Sequence record: MN159079.1
Length of the DNA stretch: 64,000 bases
Strand: one strand, 5' to 3'
Part shown: piece after piece, positions 1-9,080 of the stretch
Position numbering within the stretch: the first letter of the stretch is position 1
How the letters are laid out: each line of letters begins with the position of its first letter
Notes under the pieces: model-generated
Told to the model about the DNA's origin: nothing
What the model saw: only the letters and a program-made list of their open reading frames with translations
Database searches by the model: none
Program-made: the position numbers and the translations under genes

Positions 1-214
1 GCTGCTCGTGGGGAGGCAGCGCTTTGAAGTCGATAGCATCGCGACTAACGTCGACTTCTTCGGGACGCCAGAAGAAAGAGAGTTGTTTCTCGATCAGCGC
101 TTCGAAGATGAAGAACTTCTGCTGGTCGTACCGGGATACGTTTACGGACTGACCCAGGAACATGTGTTCTTTCAGTTGATCATTCTGGGTCGGGTTAAAT
201 ACGGAATAAGACAT
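1..214 (-). CDS. nrdB: Ribonucleotide reductase class Ia beta subunit, 5' part (runs off the window start)
   Basis: My translation from ATG at 214 gives [71 protein letters not shown], very close to the enterobacterial NrdB N-terminus ([17 protein letters not shown]). AAGGA RBS upstream. Not in the ORF track. Confidence 0.95.
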   Translation of the reverse strand, partial: MSYSVFNPTQNDQLKEHMFLGQSVNVSRYDQQKFFIFEALIEKQLSFFWRPEEVDVSRDAIDFKALPPHEQ

Positions 215-433
215 TCTCGGTTTCCTTGTGTTTGGTTGAAAAGAAATCATTACTTAGCGAACAATTAAAGTTCTGGTTAGAAATAAAATAAATTACTTTT
301 AGACTTCGGTTATAATACAATGAACTTAGATGAGAACTTCCGAAGGGGAGGGGAAAGGGGAATATTTCTATATAAGCGATTACGTAGTAATCATCCTTTT
401 ATCTTTGTCTTTAAGATCCAAGGTCTTTCAGGT

Positions 434-449
434 AGATATCATTAAAGTG
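434..449 (+). promoter_or_regulatory. Putative phage early promoter, copy 1
   Basis: AGATATCATTAAAGTG, near-match to the recurrent GATATTAY-N5-TG motif; upstream of ORF 481. Confidence 0.55.
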
Positions 450-480
450 TAATTACAACCATTTTTAATTGGAGCAAGTT

Positions 481-675
481 ATGTCTAAGCATATTCTTAT
501 TGGTATGATCATCGGTACTATTCTGTTGATCGGTTCTGTACTCGGTTTTAAAACTGAACTGGTGAATAACCTGGAAGGTTTCTTTATCGCTGGGTTTACA
601 GTTGGGTTCTTCTTGGTGGCTAGTTCTGCTATTGCCGCTCTGGGTGAATACGCTAACAAAGGAAAGAAGGAATAA
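481..675 (+). CDS. Small two-TM membrane protein
   Basis: GGAG RBS then ATG at 481 (track start 469 is TTG); two hydrophobic helices and a basic C-terminus. Confidence 0.75.
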   Translation: MSKHILIGMIIGTILLIGSVLGFKTELVNNLEGFFIAGFTVGFFLVASSAIAALGEYANKGKKE

Positions 676-678
676 ATC

Positions 679-1095
679 ATGGCTAAGACTTTCCGTAAGG
701 CTGATACTATCAGTTCTAACTATCCCCTGTACGCTGTTGTGAATGCGGACGCTAAATCCACAAAGAACCTGGCGGTGTTTCCGCAACAATTGGTTCAGAA
801 GTTATCTCAATGGAAGTATATGCGAATCACTCAAGTCGGTGATCGTGTTATCTTCTTCTTTACCGATAAGAAGTCTGCTCTGGACTTCGATCTCTCTGCC
901 GGCCGGATCCTGGTCAATCTTGACAAGATGAGTTCTAGTGGCCGTGATTGGTACGAGTACCTCATCGACTCAATACAGGGTAAGGTTACGTTCGAGAGTA
1001 ACTATGGTATCGACGACATCATGGACATGGTCAAAGTCATTCGTCCTGACCTGGGTGGTGATACCGAAACCATTTTGAGAATACTCGATAAATGA
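679..1095 (+). CDS. Hypothetical protein
   Basis: AAGGA RBS, 138 aa, followed by a terminator. Confidence 0.8.
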   Translation: MAKTFRKADTISSNYPLYAVVNADAKSTKNLAVFPQQLVQKLSQWKYMRITQVGDRVIFFFTDKKSALDFDLSAGRILVNLDKMSSSGRDWYEYLIDSIQGKVTFESNYGIDDIMDMVKVIRPDLGGDTETILRILDK

Positions 1096-1097
1096 AT

Positions 1098-1120
1098 GAG
1101 GGGTCTTCGGACCCCTCTTT
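1098..1120 (+). terminator. Intrinsic terminator
   Basis: GAGGGGTC-TTCG-GACCCCTC-TTT. Confidence 0.85.
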
Positions 1121-1158
1121 ATTATCTCTTATTTTCTTTTGTCTAAAACAACTCAGAT

Positions 1159-1174
1159 AGATATTATCTTGATG
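1159..1174 (+). promoter_or_regulatory. Putative phage early promoter, copy 2
   Basis: AGATATTATCTTGATG between the terminator and ORF 1211. Confidence 0.65.
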
Positions 1175-1210
1175 TACCAACAAGAACTAATGTTAACAAA
1201 GGAGAAACAA

Positions 1211-1594
1211 ATGAAAGTAACTGTAACTTGGAACGCACCTCAAAGCACACCTGCTGGTGAACTCGCCCTGAATCTTCCAAAGGAACTTCGTGAAGGTGTT
1301 TTCATCGGACGTTCTCCGTATCACGGGGCATGTCATTCATTCAAGGTGTCCGGTGAACGAGAAGCTGTCGAGGAGTGGTTTAAACGGCTCCAGGTGCTCT
1401 CCCCGATGAATACCGAGACCATCGATCGGGTAATTGCCGAAATCGCTAAGCGAGTTGCTGGTGCGCTTTACGAAGGCCACACAGCAATCCGTGTTAACGC
1501 CGCCGAGATCAAGGTAATCGAGAAACCTGATTTCGATACCGAGTTCACCTCGTTTCTCTTTGAAACCCGTGAACAAACTGCAATCACTTTTTAA
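1211..1594 (+). CDS. Hypothetical protein (paralog of 1604..2101)
   Basis: AAGGAG RBS before ATG 1211; shares an N-terminal motif set with the next gene. Confidence 0.8.
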   Translation: MKVTVTWNAPQSTPAGELALNLPKELREGVFIGRSPYHGACHSFKVSGEREAVEEWFKRLQVLSPMNTETIDRVIAEIAKRVAGALYEGHTAIRVNAAEIKVIEKPDFDTEFTSFLFETREQTAITF

Positions 1595-1603
1595 GGAACT
1601 ATC

Positions 1604-2101
1604 ATGCACGATTGGCTGGAAGGAACTAAAGGTTATAACGAGTGTGTTGTTCAGGTCAGACTCGACGCACCCCAGGATAGCCGCACTGGCTACATGTTGA
1701 ACAACATGCTTTACAGCAACACCGATCTCACTGAACTGGCACCAGACTTCCGGGGCTGTCCTCACAACGGTGGTGAACACACCTGTACTGTGACTGGTAC
1801 CCGACAAGAAGTCATCGCCTGGCTGGATTTGGTTGTAGAAGAATATCCTGATTGGGAGCACGCAGCAACCAAGATCAAAGGTCATATCCGCAAAGAGTTC
1901 CTCGGAACTGAATGGCGTAAATATGGTCGGATCAACATCTATCTGAAAAAGATGGAATGTCTGAAGTTGGAACGAGGCCAAGATCGCCCTGACATCAAAC
2001 CGTGGTTCAAGGGTGAATGGGAAAACGAAGAACGTAAGAACTTCAAACCCACTCGTCGCCAACAACTCATCAACGAAAAGAACCGTACCGGTCGCCACTA
2101 A
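1604..2101 (+). CDS. Hypothetical protein (paralog of 1211..1594)
   Basis: AAGGA RBS; DAPQ...CPHNGGEHTCTVTGTRQEVIAWL motif. Confidence 0.8.
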   Translation: MHDWLEGTKGYNECVVQVRLDAPQDSRTGYMLNNMLYSNTDLTELAPDFRGCPHNGGEHTCTVTGTRQEVIAWLDLVVEEYPDWEHAATKIKGHIRKEFLGTEWRKYGRINIYLKKMECLKLERGQDRPDIKPWFKGEWENEERKNFKPTRRQQLINEKNRTGRH

Positions 2102-2110
2102 GGAGCTACC

Positions 2111-2896
2111 ATGTCAGTACCAAATAAAGAAATCAACATTTTAACCATAAAAGATCTCAACAATGAAGTTGGGAGACGACATCACACCCAAGGGTACAAG
2201 ATCGCTTTCCCGTTCGTTTCTGGTTGTAACATGACTCTCCTCCCTTTGCTGGTACTTGGGGGTGATCCGGTTAAAGACCTGCGAACTGCAATGACCAAGA
2301 TGACCAACATACCCACCCCTGCAACCTATCATGAGTTTTACATCATTGGTGATGACTTGGCTGAAAAAGAAAATCAGGAGTTCATCGAAGAGTGGCTGAG
2401 TAAAACCCACGGTTCATCAGGATTGACCAGAACCATAACTGGCGAGAACGATGATAAGTTTAACAAGCTTATCGCCTTGGTCGATGAAACCCATGATAAA
2501 ATCTGTTTTTACCATTCTGGTGAAAGGATCTTTGTGTGGGTGAGTTCCATAAAGCTGGATTACCCCAATGATAGCTTGAAAACGTTCAGTGAATCCGAAT
2601 ACAGATGTTACAGTAGCACTGTGTTGGAAGCTTCACCCTTTATGGATGATTTCAATAACCTCTACGGACTGATCACTGTACTTCCCAAAGGTGCTTTCAT
2701 AGATGATGGCGGTGTGCTGGCGAATAATAGTGGGAGGTCCATCCATCTCGAGTTCATCGAGAATGACAAAGAACCGTCCACGGAACAGTACACCAAAGAA
2801 GAAGTTGTGAAACTGGTGCGATTCATCGACAACTCCATTACGGACGAAGAACTCGAAACACTACTTCGTGTTATGAAGAAGAGGGCCGTTTCGTGA
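2111..2896 (+). CDS. Hypothetical protein
   Basis: AAGGAG RBS, 261 aa, operon-like spacing. Confidence 0.75.
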   Translation: MSVPNKEINILTIKDLNNEVGRRHHTQGYKIAFPFVSGCNMTLLPLLVLGGDPVKDLRTAMTKMTNIPTPATYHEFYIIGDDLAEKENQEFIEEWLSKTHGSSGLTRTITGENDDKFNKLIALVDETHDKICFYHSGERIFVWVSSIKLDYPNDSLKTFSESEYRCYSSTVLEASPFMDDFNNLYGLITVLPKGAFIDDGGVLANNSGRSIHLEFIENDKEPSTEQYTKEEVVKLVRFIDNSITDEELETLLRVMKKRAVS

Positions 2897-3294
2897 TTAC
2901 TCGTCAAACCTTTAAGAACTTGGATGCGGAACTTCCATCGCTTTCAAGCTTCTTTCTACCAAACATTCCGTGTGCGGAAGTTAATGGATACTTGGTGATC
3001 CAAGCCAATGCTAGGAAGTTTCCCGAGAAACTGCTTATGCTGGCCAGGAAGTATCCAGGAATCACGATCCAGCACTGCAATGGTAAATTGTTGTTCGGTG
3101 GATCATTAGTGGGACCTGGTATTCCTGAAAGAACGGAGAAAAGAGACGGGACGTTTACGTTTCATATCTCCACCTACCCAGAACTTGCGACACCTAGATT
3201 CTGGGCGACACTTTCTATGCTTGCTCAAGCCCAACGTAAAACCTGGGTCACCGAGTTCACAAGCTACCTGAAACCTGTACAAAACAACTATTAA
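2893..3294 (+). CDS. Hypothetical protein
   Basis: GTGA start/stop overlap with the upstream gene. Confidence 0.7.
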   Translation: MITRQTFKNLDAELPSLSSFFLPNIPCAEVNGYLVIQANARKFPEKLLMLARKYPGITIQHCNGKLLFGGSLVGPGIPERTEKRDGTFTFHISTYPELATPRFWATLSMLAQAQRKTWVTEFTSYLKPVQNNY

Positions 3295-3305
3295 GGAAAA
3301 AGATC

Positions 3306-4820
3306 ATGCAAAACACCAAAATGATGAGTGAGAACAAAGACTGGATCGTTTACAGCAACTACTGGCGCACCACCTCTCGGATCCTTGAACGCATGGGTGG
3401 TGAGTACACCAGCCAGGTTGAAATCAATCTGTCCGACGAGAACAACTCTGCCGAAGCTTTGGCGGAATTGCGTATTCGTCAACACACCACCCCACCGTCC
3501 CTTCGTGATGTGATCAGTCACTATTACGAAACTTCTGTCCACGACAAACTGGTTGAGTTGATCGGGCCTGATAAAGCCTGGATCGCTGAACACTGCAACA
3601 TCCTCCCGTTCATTGACTGGCCGGAGTATAACCGGAAATGTAATGGCGGGGTCCCGTTGATCGAGTGTCTGAAAGAACTGGCACCCCCGGTCCATGCGTA
3701 CAGTGCGGTGAACGCGGTCAAGTTGAACACGTATCCGACTCGTGAACAGTTCTTCTACGATTTCGTTCTTGATGAGTGGGATCGTGACCTGGGACATCTG
3801 GAGTTCATCTGTGGTTCCATCATTATGTATGCAGCTGCTTCCGCCAGGTTGTTCTTCATGTTCAATCCTTCCAGTGAGACATTCCATCTTTTCCTGAAGT
3901 GTCGTGACAGTGCTAACGGCAGTGCCCAGGTTATGATGAGTGCCGATTTGGAAGGTCTCAAGAAGTGGCATGAAAGTACTCGTGGGATGGTTAGCTCGTT
4001 CTTCCAGGATGACTACGAAGGGATCTATCCTGATACCGCCATTCTTCAAAAGGGGATGACGGATGGGATCAACTACCTGATCTGGAAATACCTGGTCAAA
4101 GATGTGATCACTGAGAAGCCCAAGGAAATCGAACGTCGTTGGATGATCACTGATCGCAAGGTAGCTCTCCAACGTCTTGTGGGCTCCGTGTGTAAGAGTG
4201 TTCAACAATTCTACACACCGGACGGCACCCGTTACCGCCAGACCATCAACGAAGACCAAATTACCACTTACGAGAAAACCGTGAAGACTGGTAAGGGTCT
4301 GGTCAGGACCGAAGTGAACACTCCGATCACTCACAAAGCGTATCTGGATATGTATCACGCGCTTGACTGTCCTAAGCCGGTGAATAAGCTCCGTTATGAA
4401 TACCATCACAAAGGCTATTGCTTTGATGTCGATGTTTACACCGACAACAAGATGATCACCGCTGAGCTGGAGTTCAAAACAGTCAAGGAAGCGAAAGAGT
4501 TCCATAAGGTACCTGATTGGTTCGGTGAAGAGATCACTGATCTGGAAGGCGTCAGTAACTTCGACATCTTCAAAACGATCAATGAAAAGCCGAAGGTAAC
4601 TCTGGAACAACTCACGATGCACATGAAAGGTCGTGAACTTCGTTTTGTTTACAAGAACTACCGTGGTGATGTAGCCACTCGCCGGGTATCTCGTCCGTTC
4701 TCTATCAAGTTCGGGTCTAACGAGTATCACGAAGAAGAACAGTGGTTGTTGGAAGCGTGGGATTTGGACAAGAACCTCCCTCGTGTATTCGCCATGAAAG
4801 ACATCATCGAGTTTAAATAA
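3306..4820 (+). CDS. Three-part protein: unknown N-terminal domain + CYTH (triphosphate tunnel metalloenzyme) + C-terminal WYL domain
   Basis: CYTH motifs KEIERRWMI, RYR, YEKTVK, KLRYEY, DVDVY, TAELEF, PDWFGEEIT; WYL motifs FVYKNYRGDVATRRV..P..IKFG...QWLLEAWDLDKNLPRVFAMKDI. Confidence 0.85.
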   Translation: MQNTKMMSENKDWIVYSNYWRTTSRILERMGGEYTSQVEINLSDENNSAEALAELRIRQHTTPPSLRDVISHYYETSVHDKLVELIGPDKAWIAEHCNILPFIDWPEYNRKCNGGVPLIECLKELAPPVHAYSAVNAVKLNTYPTREQFFYDFVLDEWDRDLGHLEFICGSIIMYAAASARLFFMFNPSSETFHLFLKCRDSANGSAQVMMSADLEGLKKWHESTRGMVSSFFQDDYEGIYPDTAILQKGMTDGINYLIWKYLVKDVITEKPKEIERRWMITDRKVALQRLVGSVCKSVQQFYTPDGTRYRQTINEDQITTYEKTVKTGKGLVRTEVNTPITHKAYLDMYHALDCPKPVNKLRYEYHHKGYCFDVDVYTDNKMITAELEFKTVKEAKEFHKVPDWFGEEITDLEGVSNFDIFKTINEKPKVTLEQLTMHMKGRELRFVYKNYRGDVATRRVSRPFSIKFGSNEYHEEEQWLLEAWDLDKNLPRVFAMKDIIEFK

Positions 4821-4830
4821 GGAGTGCAGG

Positions 4831-5436
4831 ATGTTTAACCGTAAAGAAACCGCTGAAAAGATCATGGACCGTCTTCGTTTAATCGTCGTTCCTGGTGGGG
4901 ATATCTACGTGTACCCTGAAGAGATCGCCTACAAAGTAGGCTCTCATTTCTGTGGGAAGACCATTACCACCTTCTATTCGAGCGGGAAGGGTTTTCTTGA
5001 GTTACGGAAGAGAGTACTCGAGTTAGCTAATATCGCGGAACAGCCACTGAAGGCAGTTCCCGTAATTCGGCTACTCGCCCTCAATGAAAAACACAAGGTT
5101 GTTTCCAATCCAATCGTCATTCATGATGCCGACACCCCGGAACAACTGTTCGATAGTTCTATCGCTGTGGCCTGTGCCGAAGCCAGGAAGTATGTTAATG
5201 CCAGGGGTGTGTTCGGACGAGTCTTCTTTGAAGAAGTAGAAGACTCGCTTTCCCTCTTCGCATTGAGTATGGTTCAACGGCGTGTTCCAGGGTTCTCGGT
5301 CGGACCCCGTCCCACCAACCCCGGTAAGTCGGTCACTCAGGCCGAGGTAATGTTCGCCATCGAAAAACTGAAACAGAAGGATGGACGTGTATCTGCCAAC
5401 CTTCTTCTCAATCACTTGTTTGGAGTACAGAAATGA
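4831..5436 (+). CDS. Hypothetical protein
   Basis: AAGGAG RBS, 201 aa. Confidence 0.8.
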   Translation: MFNRKETAEKIMDRLRLIVVPGGDIYVYPEEIAYKVGSHFCGKTITTFYSSGKGFLELRKRVLELANIAEQPLKAVPVIRLLALNEKHKVVSNPIVIHDADTPEQLFDSSIAVACAEARKYVNARGVFGRVFFEEVEDSLSLFALSMVQRRVPGFSVGPRPTNPGKSVTQAEVMFAIEKLKQKDGRVSANLLLNHLFGVQK

Positions 5437-6500
5437 GTAACGATAACTACATGCAGGCTCTCAAGCATGCTTTCGAAGTGACCAAAGAGGAACAGGCTGG
5501 GAAAGCCACCACCCCTATCTGCCCCACCGGTCATGAATCCTTCATTAACAAACTGAAGGACGCCCACGCACCGACTCACCCTGGCTACTTCGACGACCTG
5601 GATAAGAAAGGTAAAGGAGGTTACATTCCTCCTGCTGGATGCACGTTTCCTCACTCGGCACCACACATCCGTCGTTCTGTCAACGGTCTCGATGAATTTC
5701 TTTCTGGTCTGGAACAGGAGGAGTCCGAAACACTGCGTGTTGGATGCCCGGTAGATTTCGATGAGGAAGATGCTTTCGACATCGAACTCGACGAGACACC
5801 GGAAGAAATGCTGGCCAGGATGGAAGCTCGCGAGAAACGTTGGGATCCCACCCCCATTCCCCGAGCGTTGTATGACATCGAACAACTGGTGGAACCGCTC
5901 CTGGGTCGTTTACTTGGCGCTGCACGGCACCAACGTGACACCCAGATCGACATGGGCACTGCGGTATCTCCCGATCCCGCATTCAGTGGTGAACTGGAAG
6001 GGTTCCAGGTGGTCATCACTCCGCGACCTTTGACACGCTACATTCAGATCCAGGTTGGACGCTGCGGCTTCATCAACCATCTGATGGAACCTGGTTGGGA
6101 GTTCGGTAGTTTCACCGAAGAAGAGTTGAAAGATACCACTCTCTATCAGTGTCAACTCAATCTCTTGAAGAAGCTGTTGGTGGATATGCATTACGGCCTG
6201 TCCGTCCATCAGCACATCAAGATGGAAGTGTTGGGACCGATTCTCGAGAAACGTGATCACTACGAGATGAAGAAGATTCTTCCTCCCTCTGTTGATTACC
6301 GGTTCAAGGGTAACAAAGGTTGCTTCTTCATGTTTAATGGTGAAGAAGTGTTTTACAAAGATCGTTCCGTCCATGCCAGGGAACAGAAAGTGAAGGAGTA
6401 CGCAAAACTCCATTCTCTGCTGAAAACCGCCATGTTGAAAACGTCGTACATTCCACCTTTCATGGTGGATTACAACAGTCCCAAAGTCTTCCGTTATTAA
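5433..6500 (+). CDS. Hypothetical protein with an acidic N-terminal third
   Basis: ATGA-type overlap, 355 aa, phage-like codon usage. Confidence 0.8.
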   Translation: MSNDNYMQALKHAFEVTKEEQAGKATTPICPTGHESFINKLKDAHAPTHPGYFDDLDKKGKGGYIPPAGCTFPHSAPHIRRSVNGLDEFLSGLEQEESETLRVGCPVDFDEEDAFDIELDETPEEMLARMEAREKRWDPTPIPRALYDIEQLVEPLLGRLLGAARHQRDTQIDMGTAVSPDPAFSGELEGFQVVITPRPLTRYIQIQVGRCGFINHLMEPGWEFGSFTEEELKDTTLYQCQLNLLKKLLVDMHYGLSVHQHIKMEVLGPILEKRDHYEMKKILPPSVDYRFKGNKGCFFMFNGEEVFYKDRSVHAREQKVKEYAKLHSLLKTAMLKTSYIPPFMVDYNSPKVFRY

Positions 6501-6509
6501 GGAACCATT

Positions 6510-7184
6510 ATGTCTAACCGTTATCAGTTCTCAACCCTTTCCTCCAAAAGCAAATTCCTGGGTGTCGTGATGTCTCTTGGCGAACTTGCCTTGGTACAGG
6601 AAGTCGCTCTCACTGCTAAAAGTCCCGCCGAAACCGGTTACGACCGTCTTGGGTTCATCAAGACCCGTTACCCCGAAGTACAGGTGATTGAGGGTGAAGG
6701 TAAAGAGACTGTCATCATCGACATCGCCAACGACGAAGTCATGGCCAAGTTCTCTGACCTCAACTCCGACTTTGGTGGTTTCTTCGGAATCACCAATATC
6801 GAGCTGTTCACTGATCGTCTTCGGAACATGGACCGGACCAAATCCAAGGCATCAACCGTCGCTGCTAACGAAATGGTCTTCCACGGCAAGTTCAAGCCCT
6901 TCCGTAACGCCGCTCCATCTGCACCCCACGATGATGGCCTCCGGATATTCAAGGAGATGAACGCACATCTGGGTCCGAAAATCCAATTCGGTGTTTATGC
7001 CTACGACATGCCTGGTTTCAAAGAACCCGTAATGTTCTACGTCGGTTCCAAACAGGCTCGTCTGAAAGGACACCTGAATATGGCGCAGTGGCGCGATGTC
7101 ACTGATGAAGAAGGTCTGAAGCTGTTCAACACTCTTCGGGCTCCCCTGGCCAGTATCGGTCGTACAGCAATGGTGAAGTCGTAA
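6510..7184 (+). CDS. Hypothetical protein
   Basis: AAGGA RBS, 224 aa. Confidence 0.8.
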   Translation: MSNRYQFSTLSSKSKFLGVVMSLGELALVQEVALTAKSPAETGYDRLGFIKTRYPEVQVIEGEGKETVIIDIANDEVMAKFSDLNSDFGGFFGITNIELFTDRLRNMDRTKSKASTVAANEMVFHGKFKPFRNAAPSAPHDDGLRIFKEMNAHLGPKIQFGVYAYDMPGFKEPVMFYVGSKQARLKGHLNMAQWRDVTDEEGLKLFNTLRAPLASIGRTAMVKS

Positions 7185-7594
7185 TGAGCTTCGAACGTTC
7201 CAAGGATCATGTCCAGGTTTCCTCTATTGGACATGTTAACTTTGGACGTGCGTACATTACGGAAATGGTTCGTAAGAGTATGAAGGTAGGGCTGCTCTAC
7301 GCAGCCCTTGATAGCATCACACCTAAACGAGTCGATCCGTATTTCGACATGTCCAAGTTAACCGGTATCCCAGGTCGACTCTGGGAAAGCTACATTCGGA
7401 AACAATATCCCTTCTCTTTCTTCGGTAAGGAGTACACCGGACAAAAAGAGTGTGGGATAACCATCTTGTCCGATGGTGCAATCCGGTACCATGAAACATT
7501 TTTGGATAATGAATTAAGCGTTATCCTGAATGGTTCTGTCACCAAACCCAAGGCAGAACGTATTCTGTTTTACACTGGCGTAAGGAGTGAATAG
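7184..7594 (+). CDS. Hypothetical protein
   Basis: TAATG coupling to the upstream gene. Confidence 0.75.
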   Translation: MSFERSKDHVQVSSIGHVNFGRAYITEMVRKSMKVGLLYAALDSITPKRVDPYFDMSKLTGIPGRLWESYIRKQYPFSFFGKEYTGQKECGITILSDGAIRYHETFLDNELSVILNGSVTKPKAERILFYTGVRSE

Positions 7595-8094
7595 TGAAAC
7601 TGCACGAACTGTATCGCAATACCGTTCAGAAGTCCAACAGCACTGGTGGCGGTCCACTGATGTTGTTCTCCGGGGTGATGAAGAATGGACCCGAGCCCAA
7701 ATCCAAACTCCCCGGTAAAGTCTTCGGGATCTGTTGTCAACAGTATGGTGACGACGATACCCTGGAAGAAGAATCTGACCTGGCTGCGATCGAGATCGAC
7801 TCTCCTGTAGCGATCATCCTGGAAGAAAGCCTGATCGTGGATGACTTCGGGGACGTTCTGAAACTGCTGAGCGAAATCGACAGTGAAGATGCACTCCGGA
7901 TCGGTTCCGATATCAACAGCGTTCTGGACGTAAGCCACACCATGTACCGGTCCAGTGAGGGTCGTCAGAATGCTCACGTTGGTATCTGGTTGACCAAACT
8001 GAGTAAGACCAAACTCCCTGGTGAGTTCGTCACTTGCTCTGGTTCCAGCGAAGAAGAAGATTTCTTCTACGACGTAACCGTCTGTATCAACTAA
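7594..8094 (+). CDS. Hypothetical acidic protein
   Basis: AAGGAG RBS, GTG start overlapping the upstream stop, terminator downstream. Confidence 0.75.
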   Translation: MKLHELYRNTVQKSNSTGGGPLMLFSGVMKNGPEPKSKLPGKVFGICCQQYGDDDTLEEESDLAAIEIDSPVAIILEESLIVDDFGDVLKLLSEIDSEDALRIGSDINSVLDVSHTMYRSSEGRQNAHVGIWLTKLSKTKLPGEFVTCSGSSEEEDFFYDVTVCIN

Positions 8095-8097
8095 GTG

Positions 8098-8128
8098 AAG
8101 CTCTGGGATCTTCGGATCCCAGAGCTTT
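8098..8128 (+). terminator. Intrinsic terminator
   Basis: AAGCTCTGGGATC-TTCG-GATCCCAGAGCTT. Confidence 0.85.
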
Positions 8129-8149
8129 AAGACCCATATCTTTTTAATT

Positions 8150-8165
8150 AGGTATCATTAACGTG
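8150..8165 (+). promoter_or_regulatory. Putative phage early promoter, copy 3
   Basis: AGGTATCATTAACGTG preceded by TATCTTTT. Confidence 0.55.
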
Positions 8166-8202
8166 TAGCAATCAGCTATTACATTTAACTAAAGGAAAGA
8201 TC

Positions 8203-8592
8203 ATGAAAAAGATTATTCTTGCGTTGTTCTTTACTTCTTTCTTCGCTGTGGCTGATACCGGTGTCAGTAAGGAAGAGGTTGAAGAGCTGATCGAAGTTGC
8301 TTCCGGTCACGTAACCGAAATCGATATCAACGGTTTCGCCGTCTCCGGGACTTCTATCAATACCACATCCAACAAAGAGTTGCGTAACTGTGCCCAAGCT
8401 TTGGGTTCGCAGTTGATCGCTGACGTCTATCTCAAGCCAGCCCACGAGTATGGGCTTTACGCGGAACTGACCAACGTCCGTGATGGAGCCAACACCGTTG
8501 GTGCAAATATGGTGATTAATCAGCTCCTGGGGATCTCTGGGTCTGATGAAGTCGCTCTCACTATCTGCAACAAACTTCGGAGCAACATGTAA
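8203..8592 (+). CDS. Secreted/periplasmic protein with a Sec signal peptide
   Basis: MKKIILALFFTSFFAVA/D: basic n-region, hydrophobic core, AxA cleavage site. Confidence 0.8.
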   Translation: MKKIILALFFTSFFAVADTGVSKEEVEELIEVASGHVTEIDINGFAVSGTSINTTSNKELRNCAQALGSQLIADVYLKPAHEYGLYAELTNVRDGANTVGANMVINQLLGISGSDEVALTICNKLRSNM

Positions 8593-9071
8593 TGTTCAAA
8601 TATCTGTTTGGTAAAATGCGTCTGGTTGACGATCAGGGTGAATCCATGAAGGACGACGTCTTGATGGTCACCAGACGTTGCGACTCCTTCCAACATCGCG
8701 ACATGGCACAGAGTGGTAAACTCATTCCTTTCGCCGGTGGGTTCTGTGGTAGCGCCTTGAAACCCGACAACTACTTCCCTGGTCAGTTCAACGGCGAGTC
8801 CATCTCTTGCCGGGTCAAGACTGATTCCTTTACGGCTGAAGAAGTCAAGAGTGAACTGGAAGAGCACGACATTTATATGTCCGGACTCTCCCCGTGGGAA
8901 ACCCATAGTAAGAAGGCCAAACTCTATCTGACGGCCATCTTTGTTCCGAAGGGAACCCGGCCCGATAAACCCAGGAATCCGGAGATCAAAGGACCGGACT
9001 GGGTTCTGAAAACTCCGGAAGAGTTCTGTTCAGAAATGAAAGAAGTCTTCGACGATCCGTATTACTTCTAA
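8592..9071 (+). CDS. Hypothetical protein
   Basis: TAATG coupling, 159 aa. Confidence 0.75.
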   Translation: MFKYLFGKMRLVDDQGESMKDDVLMVTRRCDSFQHRDMAQSGKLIPFAGGFCGSALKPDNYFPGQFNGESISCRVKTDSFTAEEVKSELEEHDIYMSGLSPWETHSKKAKLYLTAIFVPKGTRPDKPRNPEIKGPDWVLKTPEEFCSEMKEVFDDPYYF

Positions 9072-9080
9072 GGAGCAACC

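Noticed and set aside
8-268. 86-aa + strand ORF in the track
   Set aside because: It is the antisense shadow of nrdB, which has a clear homolog and an RBS on the minus strand.
344-360. G-rich tract GGGGAGGGGAAAGGGG in the divergent intergenic region (G-quadruplex or origin?)
   Set aside because: Only three G-runs, a single occurrence and no iterons, so no function can be supported. The 41-aa ORF across it (320-445) has no RBS.
3291-4865. Very long antisense ORFs (524 aa here; also 13836-15131, 16485-17717, 34511-35995, 43521-45080, 54751-56010, 57611-59584)
   Set aside because: Each mirrors a well-supported gene in the exact antisense frame. Avoidance of TTA/CTA/TCA codons removes antisense stops, and they lack RBSs and recognisable motifs.
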